From: Escherichia phage p000y
Length of the DNA stretch: 64,000 nucleotides
Strand: one strand, 5' to 3'
Sequence record: MK047718.1
The position numbers and the translations under genes are program-made. The notes beneath the pieces are model-generated. The model worked only from the letters and a program-made list of their open reading frames with translations. It was not told the origin of the DNA and searched no databases. Below, piece by piece: positions 46,222-55,941 of the stretch. The first letter of the stretch is position 1, and every line of letters starts with the position of its first letter.

Positions 46222-46458
46222 ATGGGTGGTTATGTAAACATCAAAACCTTTACGCATCCTGCTGGTGAAGGTAAAGAAGTTAAAGGTATGGAAGTTTCTG
46301 TTCCGTTTGAAATCTATTCTAACGAGCATCGTATTGCAGATTCTCATTACCAAATCTTTCCATCAGAAAAGGCAGCTTATTCTACTGTAGTTTCTGATGC
46401 AGCTGACTGGAAAACTAAGAACGCTGCAATGTTTACCCCTACACCAGTAAGTGGTTAA
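46222..46458 (+). CDS. soc: Small outer capsid protein Soc
   Basis: 78 aa; ...GYVNIKTF...YQIFPSEKAAYSTV... reads as T4 Soc. Confidence 0.85.
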   Translation: MGGYVNIKTFTHPAGEGKEVKGMEVSVPFEIYSNEHRIADSHYQIFPSEKAAYSTVVSDAADWKTKNAAMFTPTPVSG

Positions 46459-46466
46459 ATAATTTA

Positions 46467-46492
46467 AGGAATCCTTCGGGATTCCTTTTTTT
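46467..46492 (+). terminator. Rho-independent terminator after soc
   Basis: AGGAATCC-TTCG-GGATTCCT followed by TTTTTT. Confidence 0.8.
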
Positions 46493-46502
46493 GTTTCTAC
46501 AG

Positions 46503-46531
46503 TTTACAACCACTAAAAACTGTGTTAAGAT
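46503..46531 (+). promoter_or_regulatory. Early promoter (GTTTAC, TAAGAT)
   Basis: 17-bp spacing. Confidence 0.45.
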
Positions 46532-46559
46532 ATTCTTACTTACTCAAGAGGAGAACAAT

Positions 46560-46787
46560 ATGTTAAATCGTTGGATTAAACCTAATAACACATTAGGTGC
46601 TTTGATTGCTCAAGAAGTTTCGTTGAAATACGGTCTTGGATATTACGATGATGTAGTCGTACACTCATTCATGATGGATGGTGAAGACGTCAAATTTAAT
46701 GCCGAAATCCGTTGGGATGACGGTGGTGTTCGTTTTGTTCGAGGAACAATTAATGCTTACGATGCTGAAGAAGTTGTTTGCTGTTAA
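46560..46787 (+). CDS. Hypothetical protein, 75 aa
   Basis: RBS AGAGGAG upstream of ATG 46560. Confidence 0.45.
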   Translation: MLNRWIKPNNTLGALIAQEVSLKYGLGYYDDVVVHSFMMDGEDVKFNAEIRWDDGGVRFVRGTINAYDAEEVVCC

Positions 46788-46800
46788 ACCAGGCGAAGGT

Positions 46801-46989
46801 ATGATGCCTATTCCTGATACACACGAAAAAAGTTGGGAATACATTGGTGACGGCATGATGGAAGAAGTTATTCGTCCTAAGTCTGCTTCAAACTCTTCAA
46901 GTTATAATCATTCATACGTATCGTCTTGGCCTGGTGATTCCGGGTCAAGTTATTCTGATTGTGGTTCAAGCTCAGGGAGCTGCGAATGA
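46801..46989 (+). CDS. Ser-rich small protein, 62 aa
   Basis: RBS GAAGG upstream of ATG 46801. Confidence 0.35.
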   Translation: MMPIPDTHEKSWEYIGDGMMEEVIRPKSASNSSSYNHSYVSSWPGDSGSSYSDCGSSSGSCE

Positions 46990-47165
46990 ACAAGATAGTT
47001 AAATGGTTTAAAAGCTGGGACGATGGTGTCGGTCCAGAAGATTGGCTGGATGTTCTTGAAGAGAATATGGCTAAAGAATTCCAGAAACATGAAGAAAAGC
47101 TCGTCGAAGATGAAGGCGAACGTATTGTAAAACTTTATATGGGTGAACCATCGAGGAAATTATAA
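46986..47165 (+). CDS. Hypothetical protein, 59 aa
   Basis: RBS GGAG upstream; ATGA overlap. Confidence 0.35.
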   Translation: MNKIVKWFKSWDDGVGPEDWLDVLEENMAKEFQKHEEKLVEDEGERIVKLYMGEPSRKL

Positions 47166-47629
47166 TGGATGCTATGCTATTTAAAATGTATTTGCTTGAA
47201 GCCAAGTCATTTAAACATATACCAGTAGAAGATAAGACTCCACTAGAAATAGCTATTCTCATTAACAAAAGTCTAAATAATCCGCAATATATCGTAGAAG
47301 AATTCTGCAAATTGCAGATTCCTAAAGGTTACAAAATTCGTGTAGAGCGAGTTGGAGCTATTACTCGTTCTAAAAATTCTCCGTTTAGTCTTGAAGAAGG
47401 CATAAAGGACTTAGGTTATGAATCTACGGAAAATGCAGTTTATGTGAATCCTGAAAAGCGTTTAGACCTGTTTGAAAAGCGAGACCATAAGTATTTTGCC
47501 AAAAAATACTTTATTACATCATTAGCAGATTTAATCCATTTGCAACGAGCTATTTGGAAATTTTTTAAGACAAAAGGTGTAGCACTAGAAACGTTCTCTG
47601 AACCTGCTAGTTTTTATCTCGGTGAATAA
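47165..47629 (+). CDS. Hypothetical protein, 154 aa
   Basis: ORF overlapping the upstream stop. Confidence 0.45.
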   Translation: MDAMLFKMYLLEAKSFKHIPVEDKTPLEIAILINKSLNNPQYIVEEFCKLQIPKGYKIRVERVGAITRSKNSPFSLEEGIKDLGYESTENAVYVNPEKRLDLFEKRDHKYFAKKYFITSLADLIHLQRAIWKFFKTKGVALETFSEPASFYLGE

Positions 47630-47630
47630 T

Positions 47631-47810
47631 ATGGACCTTATGAGTATGTTTGATGAGCCTGAAGTTGAGGCTCCTAAAGTGCATCGTAGTGAACTTGTTG
47701 ATGAACTAGATAGTATTATACAGCGTCATGGCTTTAGTTTACCATTAGATGTCCTGAAAGACCTCGCCTCTTATTATGATGACCCTCCACCATGGAGTCC
47801 ATGGAAATGA
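47631..47810 (+). CDS. Acidic small protein, 59 aa
   Basis: ATG 47631. Confidence 0.35.
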   Translation: MDLMSMFDEPEVEAPKVHRSELVDELDSIIQRHGFSLPLDVLKDLASYYDDPPPWSPWK

Positions 47811-47970
47811 AAGAGAAATTGAAAGAGAAATTCTTACTAGAAATCAAGGAAAAAGACTTTGAGACATGGTATCGAATGGTGAAAGGGTTGACATTGCTTT
47901 TTAAAGCATCCTTATTCATGTTAGAACAACCTGGTCCTGATGGACCTTTAGTAGGAAAGCTTAAAAAGTA

Positions 47971-47999
47971 GTTTACATTCCCTCCTCTCGTGTTATGAT
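47971..47999 (+). promoter_or_regulatory. Early promoter (GTTTAC, TATGAT)
   Basis: 17-bp spacing. Confidence 0.5.
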
Positions 48000-48026
48000 A
48001 GGCTTATCTTTAAATGGAGGTCTATC

Positions 48027-48608
48027 ATGACATGTCAATCTGAACTTCAAGAACGTGAATACCTAACAAATCTGATTGATAGCAAATTCACCCGCCAAGA
48101 ACAAAACATTCTCTGGGCTTGCACCGATTCTAAGGAAGACCCAGATTTCCACTATGAATTAGACCATCTTGTTCGTAAGCATATGACTTCTACAGTACCA
48201 GTAGAACTCTACCGTGGTGTAACTCCAGAAGAAGTAGAACGTCTTTCCCTTCTTTCTGTTGGATGCCATTGGTCTCCTGGACGAGTAACATCGTTCACAA
48301 CTGATTTCGGTACGGCTCGTCAATTCTCCGGGAGATGGGAATATCAGACGTACACTATTCTTAGTCTCAGGAATGCTCCATTCATTTTTGATTACTACCA
48401 AAACATGGTTAACATTGTACTCGCCGGAAAGAACCCTAAACATGTTATGGAAGAAACGCGTGTTGACGTCTTAGATATGATTGAATCTGAACAAGAGTAC
48501 ATGGTCTCAAGTATCTCTAGATTTGAGATTGTGGAAATTGAAGACTTAGAATATGACCCTTTATCTCGATTATACAAAATCATTCATTTGAAAATGTTGA
48601 ATTTTTAG
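48027..48608 (+). CDS. modB: ADP-ribosyltransferase, ModB-like
   Basis: 193 aa; R ... S-x-S ... E-x-E arrangement (YRG, SFT, ESEQE); paralogue of the next gene; position upstream of srd/dda as in T4. Confidence 0.5.
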   Translation: MTCQSELQEREYLTNLIDSKFTRQEQNILWACTDSKEDPDFHYELDHLVRKHMTSTVPVELYRGVTPEEVERLSLLSVGCHWSPGRVTSFTTDFGTARQFSGRWEYQTYTILSLRNAPFIFDYYQNMVNIVLAGKNPKHVMEETRVDVLDMIESEQEYMVSSISRFEIVEIEDLEYDPLSRLYKIIHLKMLNF

Positions 48609-48637
48609 TGTACAAACTCTTCCGATGATGATACTAT
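48608..48637 (+). promoter_or_regulatory. Early promoter (GTGTAC, TACTAT)
   Basis: 18-bp spacing; followed by TATAGACCTATC. Confidence 0.45.
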
Positions 48638-48665
48638 AGACCTATCAACCACAGGAGAAACCTAA

Positions 48666-49274
48666 ATGTTTATGCCGTATAACGAGTGTGAAATTGAAGA
48701 AATGGTTCGTCGTGCTCAAAACCCTGAATATCAAGATGAATTGCAGTATGAAATTGATAGTCAATTCAGTGACATTGAACAAAGTGTACTGTGGCGGTGT
48801 ATGGAAAACAAGCCAGACTGTATTCAACAGGAGTTAAGTTCAATCGTTCGTAGAAATTGGACGTCTTCTGTTCCTGAGACAATGTATCGTGGAATCTCTA
48901 AGAAAACTATGGCCGCACTCGATGATAAAGGCATTGGTAGTATTATTAAATTTGACAGAGTAATGAGCTTCAGCCCAGTGTTCGGTGTAGCACGTAACTT
49001 TGCTTCGTATAATTTTTACGGAACATTTAATATGTTCTGCATCAAAGATGCACCATTTGCTTTCAACTTCCGTGAACATATGCTTAACATGATTCTGGCT
49101 GCGCCATCTTGTGAGTTCAATGGAGCTTTCCCTGAAGCGACAAGACGGTCTAATGCTAGACTTATATCCGACGAATGTGAATTTATGCTCCCTATAGGGA
49201 CTACACTGCGTGTAGATTCTATTATTCAAGATGGACGTTATACAATCTGGAATCTGTCTATTGTCAGTTACTGA
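48666..49274 (+). CDS. modA: ADP-ribosyltransferase, ModA-like
   Basis: 202 aa; YRG, SFS and ECEF motif elements; shared architecture with 48027-48608. Confidence 0.5.
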   Translation: MFMPYNECEIEEMVRRAQNPEYQDELQYEIDSQFSDIEQSVLWRCMENKPDCIQQELSSIVRRNWTSSVPETMYRGISKKTMAALDDKGIGSIIKFDRVMSFSPVFGVARNFASYNFYGTFNMFCIKDAPFAFNFREHMLNMILAAPSCEFNGAFPEATRRSNARLISDECEFMLPIGTTLRVDSIIQDGRYTIWNLSIVSY

Positions 49275-49348
49275 CTGAATTGGAATAACCGGATGGAACT
49301 CAGAACCATTATAACACATAAAAAATTAAAGCATTTTACGAAAAAAGA

Positions 49349-49377
49349 GTGTACACTACCTGAGGGCATGATATTAT
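49349..49377 (+). promoter_or_regulatory. Early promoter (GTGTAC, TATTAT)
   Basis: 17-bp spacing. Confidence 0.45.
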
Positions 49378-49427
49378 AGACTTATCAGCTAAATGACCTT
49401 AACGTCCGTAAGACAGAGGAAAATATT

Positions 49428-50174
49428 ATGTTATCAAATAATAAAATTAACAAAATCAATCGTCGTCTTGACCACACCAGAGCTTCTGCGAAGAGACGCT
49501 CTAAGGATTTTAACTTAGACTTTAATTACCTTAAAAACATTCTTGATCAAAAGGTCTGCGCTTACTCAGGCGAATCTTTCAATAACTCTGTTGAAGGTGA
49601 GAAATTATCCTTAGAACGTTTTAATAACGATATCGGCTACATTAAAGGTAATGTTATCCCAGTTAAGAAAAAATATAACACGGCTCGTTCTGATTTAACA
49701 TTAGAAGAACTTATTGAGAAACGTGACGCTGTTGCAAGACGTATTGCTAATCCTTCTGCCCGTAAAGTAGAGAAACTTAATCTCGACGAGAAGAAATGGG
49801 CCCAAATTAAAAAGGTTTATGATACTATTTTAAAAATACGAGCAAAACGTGAAAATCGTGTTAAGCATATGGCGAACATGATGAAAAATCAACCTTTATC
49901 TAACGAATCTAAACTTAGAATTGTTGCTTTGAAAGCACGCATTAATGGCTCACATCAAGCAGAAGGCCATGAACTTACTAAACTCAACGTTCTTCTTAAA
50001 GGCTCTGACTGGAAAACTAAAACTAAATTAACTGACGCTGAATCGCTTTTCGATACATATGATAAAGTTATCCAAGGTCTGCAACGTTTTGAAAAGATTG
50101 GTTTCATTGGTAAATTAAAATTGAAACGTGGCTTACCACTTAGCGCATCATTATTCCAACTGATTAAAGGTTAA
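49428..50174 (+). CDS. srd: Srd-like basic protein
   Basis: 248 aa, basic; position between modA and dda as in T4. Confidence 0.4.
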   Translation: MLSNNKINKINRRLDHTRASAKRRSKDFNLDFNYLKNILDQKVCAYSGESFNNSVEGEKLSLERFNNDIGYIKGNVIPVKKKYNTARSDLTLEELIEKRDAVARRIANPSARKVEKLNLDEKKWAQIKKVYDTILKIRAKRENRVKHMANMMKNQPLSNESKLRIVALKARINGSHQAEGHELTKLNVLLKGSDWKTKTKLTDAESLFDTYDKVIQGLQRFEKIGFIGKLKLKRGLPLSASLFQLIKG

Positions 50175-50176
50175 TT

Positions 50177-50488
50177 ATGGTTTATGTATATGCAATAGTT
50201 TATCGAGATATGGAAGGATTTACTGTCCCGGTTCCACTTGATGAGCATCGTCCTGCAGTATTTTTTAGAAAGGATATTGCAGATAAAGTTTTCGATACTT
50301 TGAAAACACAGTATAAAACAGATTTAAAAATGGGAGTTCTAAGAATGGTCGAAACTCCGCGTAAGTTTTGGTTTAATAAGCTTGAAATGAAACACGTTAA
50401 ACTAGATGCGGAGACGCAAAGATTGTATCAACGAATTCTGGACACAGGCCGTATTGTTAGTATTCCAATTGCAGGGACTTTACGATGA
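50177..50488 (+). CDS. Hypothetical protein, 103 aa (dda.1 position)
   Basis: Tightly packed upstream of dda. Confidence 0.4.
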   Translation: MVYVYAIVYRDMEGFTVPVPLDEHRPAVFFRKDIADKVFDTLKTQYKTDLKMGVLRMVETPRKFWFNKLEMKHVKLDAETQRLYQRILDTGRIVSIPIAGTLR

Positions 50489-51798
50489 CATTTGATGATT
50501 TGACTGAAGGTCAGAAAAACGCCTTCAACGTTGTTATGAACGCTATTAAAGAAAAGAAACATCACGTAACTATTAATGGGCCCGCTGGTACAGGTAAAAC
50601 AACCCTTACTAGATTCATCGTTGAAGCTCTTATTTCTGCCGGAGAATCAGGTATTATTTTAGCAGCCCCTACACATGCTGCTAAAAAGGTTCTAAGCAAA
50701 CTTGCTGGTCAAGAAGCATCGACTATTCATAGCATTCTTAAAATCAACCCAACTACATACGAAGAAAACGTATTGTTTGAACAGAAAAAGGTTCCCGACT
50801 TAGCCTTGTGTCGTGTACTGTTATTTGATGAAGCGTCAATGTGCGACCGTTCTCTGTTTAAAATAATGTTAGCTAGTATCCCTAAATGGTGTACAGTAAT
50901 TGGAATCGGCGACCGATGCCAGATTCGTCCGGTAGACCCAGGCGAATCAACTGCGTATCTAAGTCCTTTCTTCACTCACAAAGACTTCGTGCAATGCAAC
51001 CTTACAGAAGTTAAACGTAGCAATGCACCAATTATTGATGTTGCGACTGATATTCGTAATGGCAAATGGATTTACGATAAAGTAGTTGATGGACACGGTG
51101 TTCATGGATATACAGACCTTAAATCCTATATGATGAACTATTTTAACGTCGTTAAAACTCCTGAAGACCTTTTCGAAAATCGAATGATGGCATTCACAAA
51201 TAAGTCGGTGGACAAGTTGAATTCAATTATTCGCCGAAAACTTCTTGAAACAGAAAAACCGTTTATTAAAGACGAAGTCATTGTTCTACAAGAGCCATTT
51301 ACTAAGACATATAAACTAGATGGCAAAAATATGACCGAAATGCTTTTCAATAACGGGCAATTCGTTCGTATTCGAGATGCTGTAGAAACGTCTACATTCG
51401 TTAAAGCACGTGGTGTTTCAGGCGAATATATGATACGATACTGGAATCTTACAGTAGAAACATATGGGGATGATGAAGAATACATCCGCGAAGATATAAA
51501 GGTTATTTCTTCTGAAGAAGAGCTTTATAAATTCAATTTGTTTTTGGCTAAGACCGCAGAAACATACAAATTCTGGAATAAAGGCGGTAAAGCTCCATGG
51601 AGCGAATTCTGGGATGCTAAACGTATGTTCACTAAGGTGAAGGCACTACCAGTATCAACCTTCCATAAGGCCCAGGGCATGTCCGTCAATACAGCCTTTG
51701 TTTATACTCCGTGTATCCATTACGCTGATTCAGAATTAGCTAAACAGTTATTGTATGTCGGCACAACTCGTGGTCGTTTTGACGTCCATTTTATTTGA
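50485..51798 (+). CDS. dda: DNA helicase Dda (SF1B)
   Basis: 437 aa; Walker A GPAGTGKTT, Walker B LFDEASM. Confidence 0.9.
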   Translation: MTFDDLTEGQKNAFNVVMNAIKEKKHHVTINGPAGTGKTTLTRFIVEALISAGESGIILAAPTHAAKKVLSKLAGQEASTIHSILKINPTTYEENVLFEQKKVPDLALCRVLLFDEASMCDRSLFKIMLASIPKWCTVIGIGDRCQIRPVDPGESTAYLSPFFTHKDFVQCNLTEVKRSNAPIIDVATDIRNGKWIYDKVVDGHGVHGYTDLKSYMMNYFNVVKTPEDLFENRMMAFTNKSVDKLNSIIRRKLLETEKPFIKDEVIVLQEPFTKTYKLDGKNMTEMLFNNGQFVRIRDAVETSTFVKARGVSGEYMIRYWNLTVETYGDDEEYIREDIKVISSEEELYKFNLFLAKTAETYKFWNKGGKAPWSEFWDAKRMFTKVKALPVSTFHKAQGMSVNTAFVYTPCIHYADSELAKQLLYVGTTRGRFDVHFI

Positions 51799-51807
51799 GA
51801 GAAAATT

Positions 51808-52485
51808 ATGAGCACTGATGTTATTATAGATTTTGAAACATTCGGCAATACATCAAAAGCGGCTGTTATTGACCTTGCGGTTATTGCATATAATTCCGAC
51901 CCTGAAGTTGTTGAATCATTTGAAGAACTTGTTCAACGAGGTAAGCGAATTAAATTTAATTTAGCTTCTCAGAAAGGGAAGCGAGTTTTCGCTAAATCCA
52001 CTATGAAATGGTGGAAAGAACAATCAGCAGAAGCACGTAAAAACCTGGCTCCGTCTGAAGACGATGTCACTACGCTTGAAGGTATTAAAATCTTTTTAGA
52101 TTATTGTCGAGCTAATAAAGTTGACCAATGGAAATCACAGATGTGGTGCCGTGGTATGAGCTTTGACTTCCCGATCTTGGTCGATTTGATTCGTGATCTC
52201 TATCGTGATGAAGGTGTTCTTGAACCAGATATTGATACTGATAAATTAGAACCTGTTAAATTCTGGGCTCAACGTGATATTCGTACGGCAATCGAAGCTT
52301 ACTCGTTGACACGAGGATTAAGTATGTGTCCATTACCGATGGGTACGCTAAAAGGATTCGTTGCCCATGATAGTATTCACGATTGTGCTAAAGATATTTT
52401 GATGTTAAAATATGCTCAGCGTTATGCGCTTGGCCTTGAAGATGTCCCTGAGAATCCTGACCCGTTAAGTGTAAAACAGCGATAA
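51808..52485 (+). CDS. dexA: Exonuclease A (DEDDh 3'-5' exonuclease)
   Basis: 225 aa; motif I IIDFETFG. Confidence 0.85.
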   Translation: MSTDVIIDFETFGNTSKAAVIDLAVIAYNSDPEVVESFEELVQRGKRIKFNLASQKGKRVFAKSTMKWWKEQSAEARKNLAPSEDDVTTLEGIKIFLDYCRANKVDQWKSQMWCRGMSFDFPILVDLIRDLYRDEGVLEPDIDTDKLEPVKFWAQRDIRTAIEAYSLTRGLSMCPLPMGTLKGFVAHDSIHDCAKDILMLKYAQRYALGLEDVPENPDPLSVKQR

Positions 52486-52490
52486 AACCA

Positions 52491-52520
52491 GTTTACAACC
52501 AAGGATGGTTGGAGTATAAT
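52491..52520 (+). promoter_or_regulatory. Early promoter, third copy of the repeated cassette
   Basis: GTTTACAACCAAGGATGGTTGGAGTATAAT, identical to the 10495-10524 copy. Confidence 0.55.
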
Positions 52521-52550
52521 CTTTCTATCTTAACCAAACAGGAAAACATT

Positions 52551-53045
52551 ATGAATATCAATACCACGGCTACTTACATCCTGAAAGATGAAAAACAAAT
52601 CAACTGGTACGGTGCTTCAGTGCGAGCTTATGAAAAGTTTTGTGAAATTTTAGGTGCCACTCAAGGTAATAGTTTCACTATTGTTAACTTCATCAAACAA
52701 GTTGAAGGCCCTTGGTTATTCTTAGAAATTAAAAATTCATATGGTATAATTTCTACTACCGCCCTTCCAAGCACCGACTTTGAACTGTTGATTGAAGAAG
52801 TAGAACCCGTTAAAGATATCTGTATTGATATGGATATCGCTTGTATGTACGGTACTCTGATTAAGCCTATTGAGCCTACTGATTTGTTGTGTAAATATGT
52901 TTCAATTCGACGCCCATTCGCTGGTCCAGTAAATGGATGGGTAACTGACCAATGGATTGAAGACGGTGTTGAACTTCTGAACGTTGTTCATGCAGGTGAT
53001 TTTAGTGTAGTTCCACGTAGTGCTGTGGTTAATATCCTTAATTAA
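52551..53045 (+). CDS. Paralogue family member 1 (C-terminal VTDQWIEDG motif), 164 aa
   Basis: ATG 52551 with RBS AGGAAA; shares its C-terminal motif with the two following ORFs. Confidence 0.45.
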   Translation: MNINTTATYILKDEKQINWYGASVRAYEKFCEILGATQGNSFTIVNFIKQVEGPWLFLEIKNSYGIISTTALPSTDFELLIEEVEPVKDICIDMDIACMYGTLIKPIEPTDLLCKYVSIRRPFAGPVNGWVTDQWIEDGVELLNVVHAGDFSVVPRSAVVNILN

Positions 53046-53047
53046 TG

Positions 53048-53077
53048 TTGTACATCCAAGGACGGATGGAGTATAAT
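53048..53077 (+). promoter_or_regulatory. Early promoter, variant of the repeated cassette
   Basis: TTGTAC ... CCAAGGACGGATGGAG TATAAT. Confidence 0.5.
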
Positions 53078-53107
53078 GAATTCAACTTAAACAAAGAGAG
53101 AGAAATT

Positions 53108-53563
53108 ATGATTACTATTGGTGAAATTAAGCGTGTATCGTCTGCATCTCGTTCTAAAGCTGCAGGTCGTCTAGTTGAAGTGGTAGGACTTCGTACTAAT
53201 GGTACTGGTCGTGTTAAAGAAGTTAAAGTTCGAATCATTCCTAGTTCTGGAAAAACTGAAACTCAGTACGCTTACGTAAGTCCTAAATTCTTGGAAACTC
53301 ATGTGAGCGCTCATTTTGCTTCTACTGAACCTAATGTACAGTTCAAATGGGCCTTGTGTAAAGGTGTTGAATTCCAGACTGATAAAGAATTTGACTTCAT
53401 CGATGAATACGGTTATCCAAGCAAAACTGATACTATGTGTGGCTTCATTAGTGACCAATGGGTTGAAGATGGTGAAAAGTTATACAATATCGTATTCTTA
53501 GGTGACTTCCGAGTTGTTAAAGAATCTGAAATCACTCGCTATGTGTCTCCTCGTAAAGCTTAA
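53108..53563 (+). CDS. Paralogue family member 2 (FISDQWVEDG motif), 151 aa
   Basis: ATG 53108 with RBS AGAGAGAGAAA. Confidence 0.45.
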   Translation: MITIGEIKRVSSASRSKAAGRLVEVVGLRTNGTGRVKEVKVRIIPSSGKTETQYAYVSPKFLETHVSAHFASTEPNVQFKWALCKGVEFQTDKEFDFIDEYGYPSKTDTMCGFISDQWVEDGEKLYNIVFLGDFRVVKESEITRYVSPRKA

Positions 53564-53572
53564 GGAATTATT

Positions 53573-53992
53573 ATGAATATTGTAAATCTCTCTACAGGTG
53601 ATTACGTATATGTATCTGTTGCTTCTCGCTCTAAAGTTGCCGGGAAGTTGGTTGAAGTTCTTTCTGTGAGTGATCCGGTTTTTGGTCGTAACCAAGTTAA
53701 AGTTCGTGATGCTAATGGTAATATTGGCTACATCTCAAGCCAGTTCATTGAGCCAGAAGAACGTGCGTTCAAATGGAAACTGTGCAGGTCAGTTTTAGTT
53801 GTAAAAGACCATGAATTTACTATTGCTGCCGCAACTGATGGGTCTCCATGGACAACGAATCAAGTCGCTGGTTTTATTTCAGACCAATGGGTTGAAGATG
53901 GTGTTAAGCTTTATAACATCGTTTTCGCCGGACAGTTCATGGTAGTTCCTGAATTCCAAATCAAAGGATATAGCCAAGCATCTTTTGCATAA
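53573..53992 (+). CDS. Paralogue family member 3 (FISDQWVEDG motif), 139 aa
   Basis: N-terminal SRSK(A/V)AGKLVEV and C-terminal GFISDQWVEDGVKLYNIVF shared with member 2. Confidence 0.45.
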   Translation: MNIVNLSTGDYVYVSVASRSKVAGKLVEVLSVSDPVFGRNQVKVRDANGNIGYISSQFIEPEERAFKWKLCRSVLVVKDHEFTIAAATDGSPWTTNQVAGFISDQWVEDGVKLYNIVFAGQFMVVPEFQIKGYSQASFA

Positions 53993-53996
53993 AGTT

Positions 53997-54025
53997 GTTT
54001 ACTTCTCCTCCGGTTTTGATATTAT
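53997..54025 (+). promoter_or_regulatory. Early promoter (GTTTAC, TATTAT) with flanking inverted repeat
   Basis: 17-bp spacing; CTCCTCCGGTT ... AACCAGAGGAG. Confidence 0.5.
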
Positions 54026-54051
54026 AACCATATCAACCAGAGGAGAATAAT

Positions 54052-54576
54052 ATGTTAGTTTACCGCGTAGAACGTAGTTTTTGTACTCAACGTGAATCAT
54101 TACCAGGAATTGCTATCGAAGACGGTAAAGCCGTCAGAATTTGGGAAACCTCTTGGAATAAAGAACCTCGCTCGCCATACGGTTGGTCGGGCACCGACAA
54201 CTCTGAAGAAACATGGGAGTTCCTTGATAAGCATGGAATACTCTCAGGTAACTTCTACCATCACGGCGACAACTATAATGTCCCTAATCGTCCTACAGTA
54301 AATGAAGACAAACTCCTTGAACAAAATATCTTAAGATACCATAGAATTGAGTACACATTTGAATTGAGTGAAGATTGGGCTCAAGGGTTCTATTTTGGAT
54401 TTGAAAGCGTTGACGCGGTTTATGCATGGTTTGATGACCAGGTGGATGTTGAACTCTTGAAAGCTAAAGGATACTACATCGCGGTCTATGAAGCACCTGA
54501 TTTCATCCTCGGAAGTTGTCAATTAATGTTCAGACGTTCATTGGCAGAACAAGTTGATTTTATTTTGCTAAAATGA
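54052..54576 (+). CDS. Hypothetical protein, 174 aa
   Basis: RBS AGAGGAG upstream. Confidence 0.45.
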   Translation: MLVYRVERSFCTQRESLPGIAIEDGKAVRIWETSWNKEPRSPYGWSGTDNSEETWEFLDKHGILSGNFYHHGDNYNVPNRPTVNEDKLLEQNILRYHRIEYTFELSEDWAQGFYFGFESVDAVYAWFDDQVDVELLKAKGYYIAVYEAPDFILGSCQLMFRRSLAEQVDFILLK

Positions 54577-54605
54577 TGTACAACAACTATGGTTTATGAT
54601 ACTAT
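54576..54605 (+). promoter_or_regulatory. Early promoter (ATGTAC, TACTAT)
   Basis: 18-bp spacing; followed by TATAGACCTATC. Confidence 0.45.
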
Positions 54606-54633
54606 AGACCTATCAAATCAAGAGGAGAATATT

Positions 54634-54861
54634 ATGAAATGTCAAATCATTAAAAACGTAACTACTGATTCAAACATCGATGAGTTTGAAGATGTTCTGT
54701 TTAATCCTGATTTAGTTGTTGTACAGAAAAACTGGACCGGATTTTTATGCTACACCGAAGTGGTTTACGTTTACGAAAAACTCGGCGATGAAATGCCTAT
54801 CTATGGTATCTTCCGTGAAATCACTGAAAACGGTACAACTTATTGGAAGGAAACTTACTAA
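54634..54861 (+). CDS. Hypothetical protein, 75 aa
   Basis: RBS AGAGGAG upstream of ATG 54634. Confidence 0.4.
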   Translation: MKCQIIKNVTTDSNIDEFEDVLFNPDLVVVQKNWTGFLCYTEVVYVYEKLGDEMPIYGIFREITENGTTYWKETY

Positions 54862-55271
54862 TGGCTAATAAATTCCGCGTTAACTCATGGTACCAATTTA
54901 AAGATAAACGTGCCCAAGAAGAGTTTATTAAGGACCACACCGATAATGGTATTTATGCACGACGTCTTGGCATGGAACCATTTAAAGTATTAGATGTTGA
55001 CCATCTTGGTCGTCCTACTAAAATTGTGACATCTACTGGCATGGTTGGATACGCGACAGGTGGTGATATCCTTGATGAAAACTTTATCTGGCTCTCCACG
55101 AATGAAGCAGAGTTTTTTGATGAAGTGGGAAATCCGTATCAAGCGTCCGAAGAGCAAGATTCTGGTGAACTTGACGAATTGTCTGAATTTCCGGTGATGA
55201 CAATTACTATCGAAAATAACGACCAGGCATGGTCTTTGTATCAAATGTTGAAAGCACATTTTAAGGAATAA
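54861..55271 (+). CDS. Hypothetical acidic protein, 136 aa
   Basis: TAATG overlap start. Confidence 0.4.
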   Translation: MANKFRVNSWYQFKDKRAQEEFIKDHTDNGIYARRLGMEPFKVLDVDHLGRPTKIVTSTGMVGYATGGDILDENFIWLSTNEAEFFDEVGNPYQASEEQDSGELDELSEFPVMTITIENNDQAWSLYQMLKAHFKE

Positions 55272-55273
55272 TA

Positions 55274-55453
55274 ATGCCGTTATACGACTATAAATGCCAA
55301 TCTGAAGATTGCGGACATGAATATGAAAAAATTAAAAGGATTTCTGAACGAGAAAACGATGTTTGCCCTGAATGTCATCGTCTGTCTACTCGTCGGGTTT
55401 CTGCTCCTAAACATGTGAACGGTGGTTTTTACGACTTACTTAAGAAGGGTTAA
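55274..55453 (+). CDS. FmdB-type zinc-ribbon protein, 59 aa
   Basis: MPLYDYKCQSEDCGHEYE...CPECH; below the track cutoff. Confidence 0.45.
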   Translation: MPLYDYKCQSEDCGHEYEKIKRISERENDVCPECHRLSTRRVSAPKHVNGGFYDLLKKG

Positions 55454-55455
55454 TT

Positions 55456-55878
55456 ATGGCTTTTAAAGGTTTTGAAGTTGGTAAGAAATATCGTATTATC
55501 AAAGGACAGGAAGATAATTTCTTGAGAATTCTTAATACGACTGGTAAACGTCTTAACACTACTCTGCATACAGTTTTATTATCAAGAGATTTTATTGTAG
55601 AAGAGATGATTGGTTATGGTGTTTCAATGATTGCCGCTGAAACCGATGGACCTGGACGTACAATCATTAGTATGCAAGGTGATATTCTGATTTATGGTGC
55701 AGAATTTAAATTCTTTGAAGAAGTTCCGGAACAAGATACAGCTGTCGATTTCAAAAAAGGCTCTATAGAATTTGTTGATGGTTCGGTGATCGTATCAGGC
55801 GATGTGGTCATTACAGTTAAAAGTGAACAAGGGCGTTTGGCTGCAATTGATGCACTTCAGAAAATTAAATTTAAATAA
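55456..55878 (+). CDS. Hypothetical protein, 140 aa
   Basis: ORF ending at the terminator. Confidence 0.45.
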   Translation: MAFKGFEVGKKYRIIKGQEDNFLRILNTTGKRLNTTLHTVLLSRDFIVEEMIGYGVSMIAAETDGPGRTIISMQGDILIYGAEFKFFEEVPEQDTAVDFKKGSIEFVDGSVIVSGDVVITVKSEQGRLAAIDALQKIKFK

Positions 55879-55895
55879 GGGCTTCGGCCCTTTTT
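55878..55895 (+). terminator. Rho-independent terminator
   Basis: AGGGC-TTCG-GCCCT followed by TTTTT. Confidence 0.65.
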
Positions 55896-55919
55896 GCTTT
55901 AGATTTCGGATGATAGAAT
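55896..55919 (+). promoter_or_regulatory. Middle promoter (MotA box GCTTTA plus TAGAAT) for gene 39
   Basis: GCTTTA 55896-55901, 12 nt, TAGAAT 55914-55919. Confidence 0.5.
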
Positions 55920-55941
55920 ACCTTCATAACGAGGAGACAAC

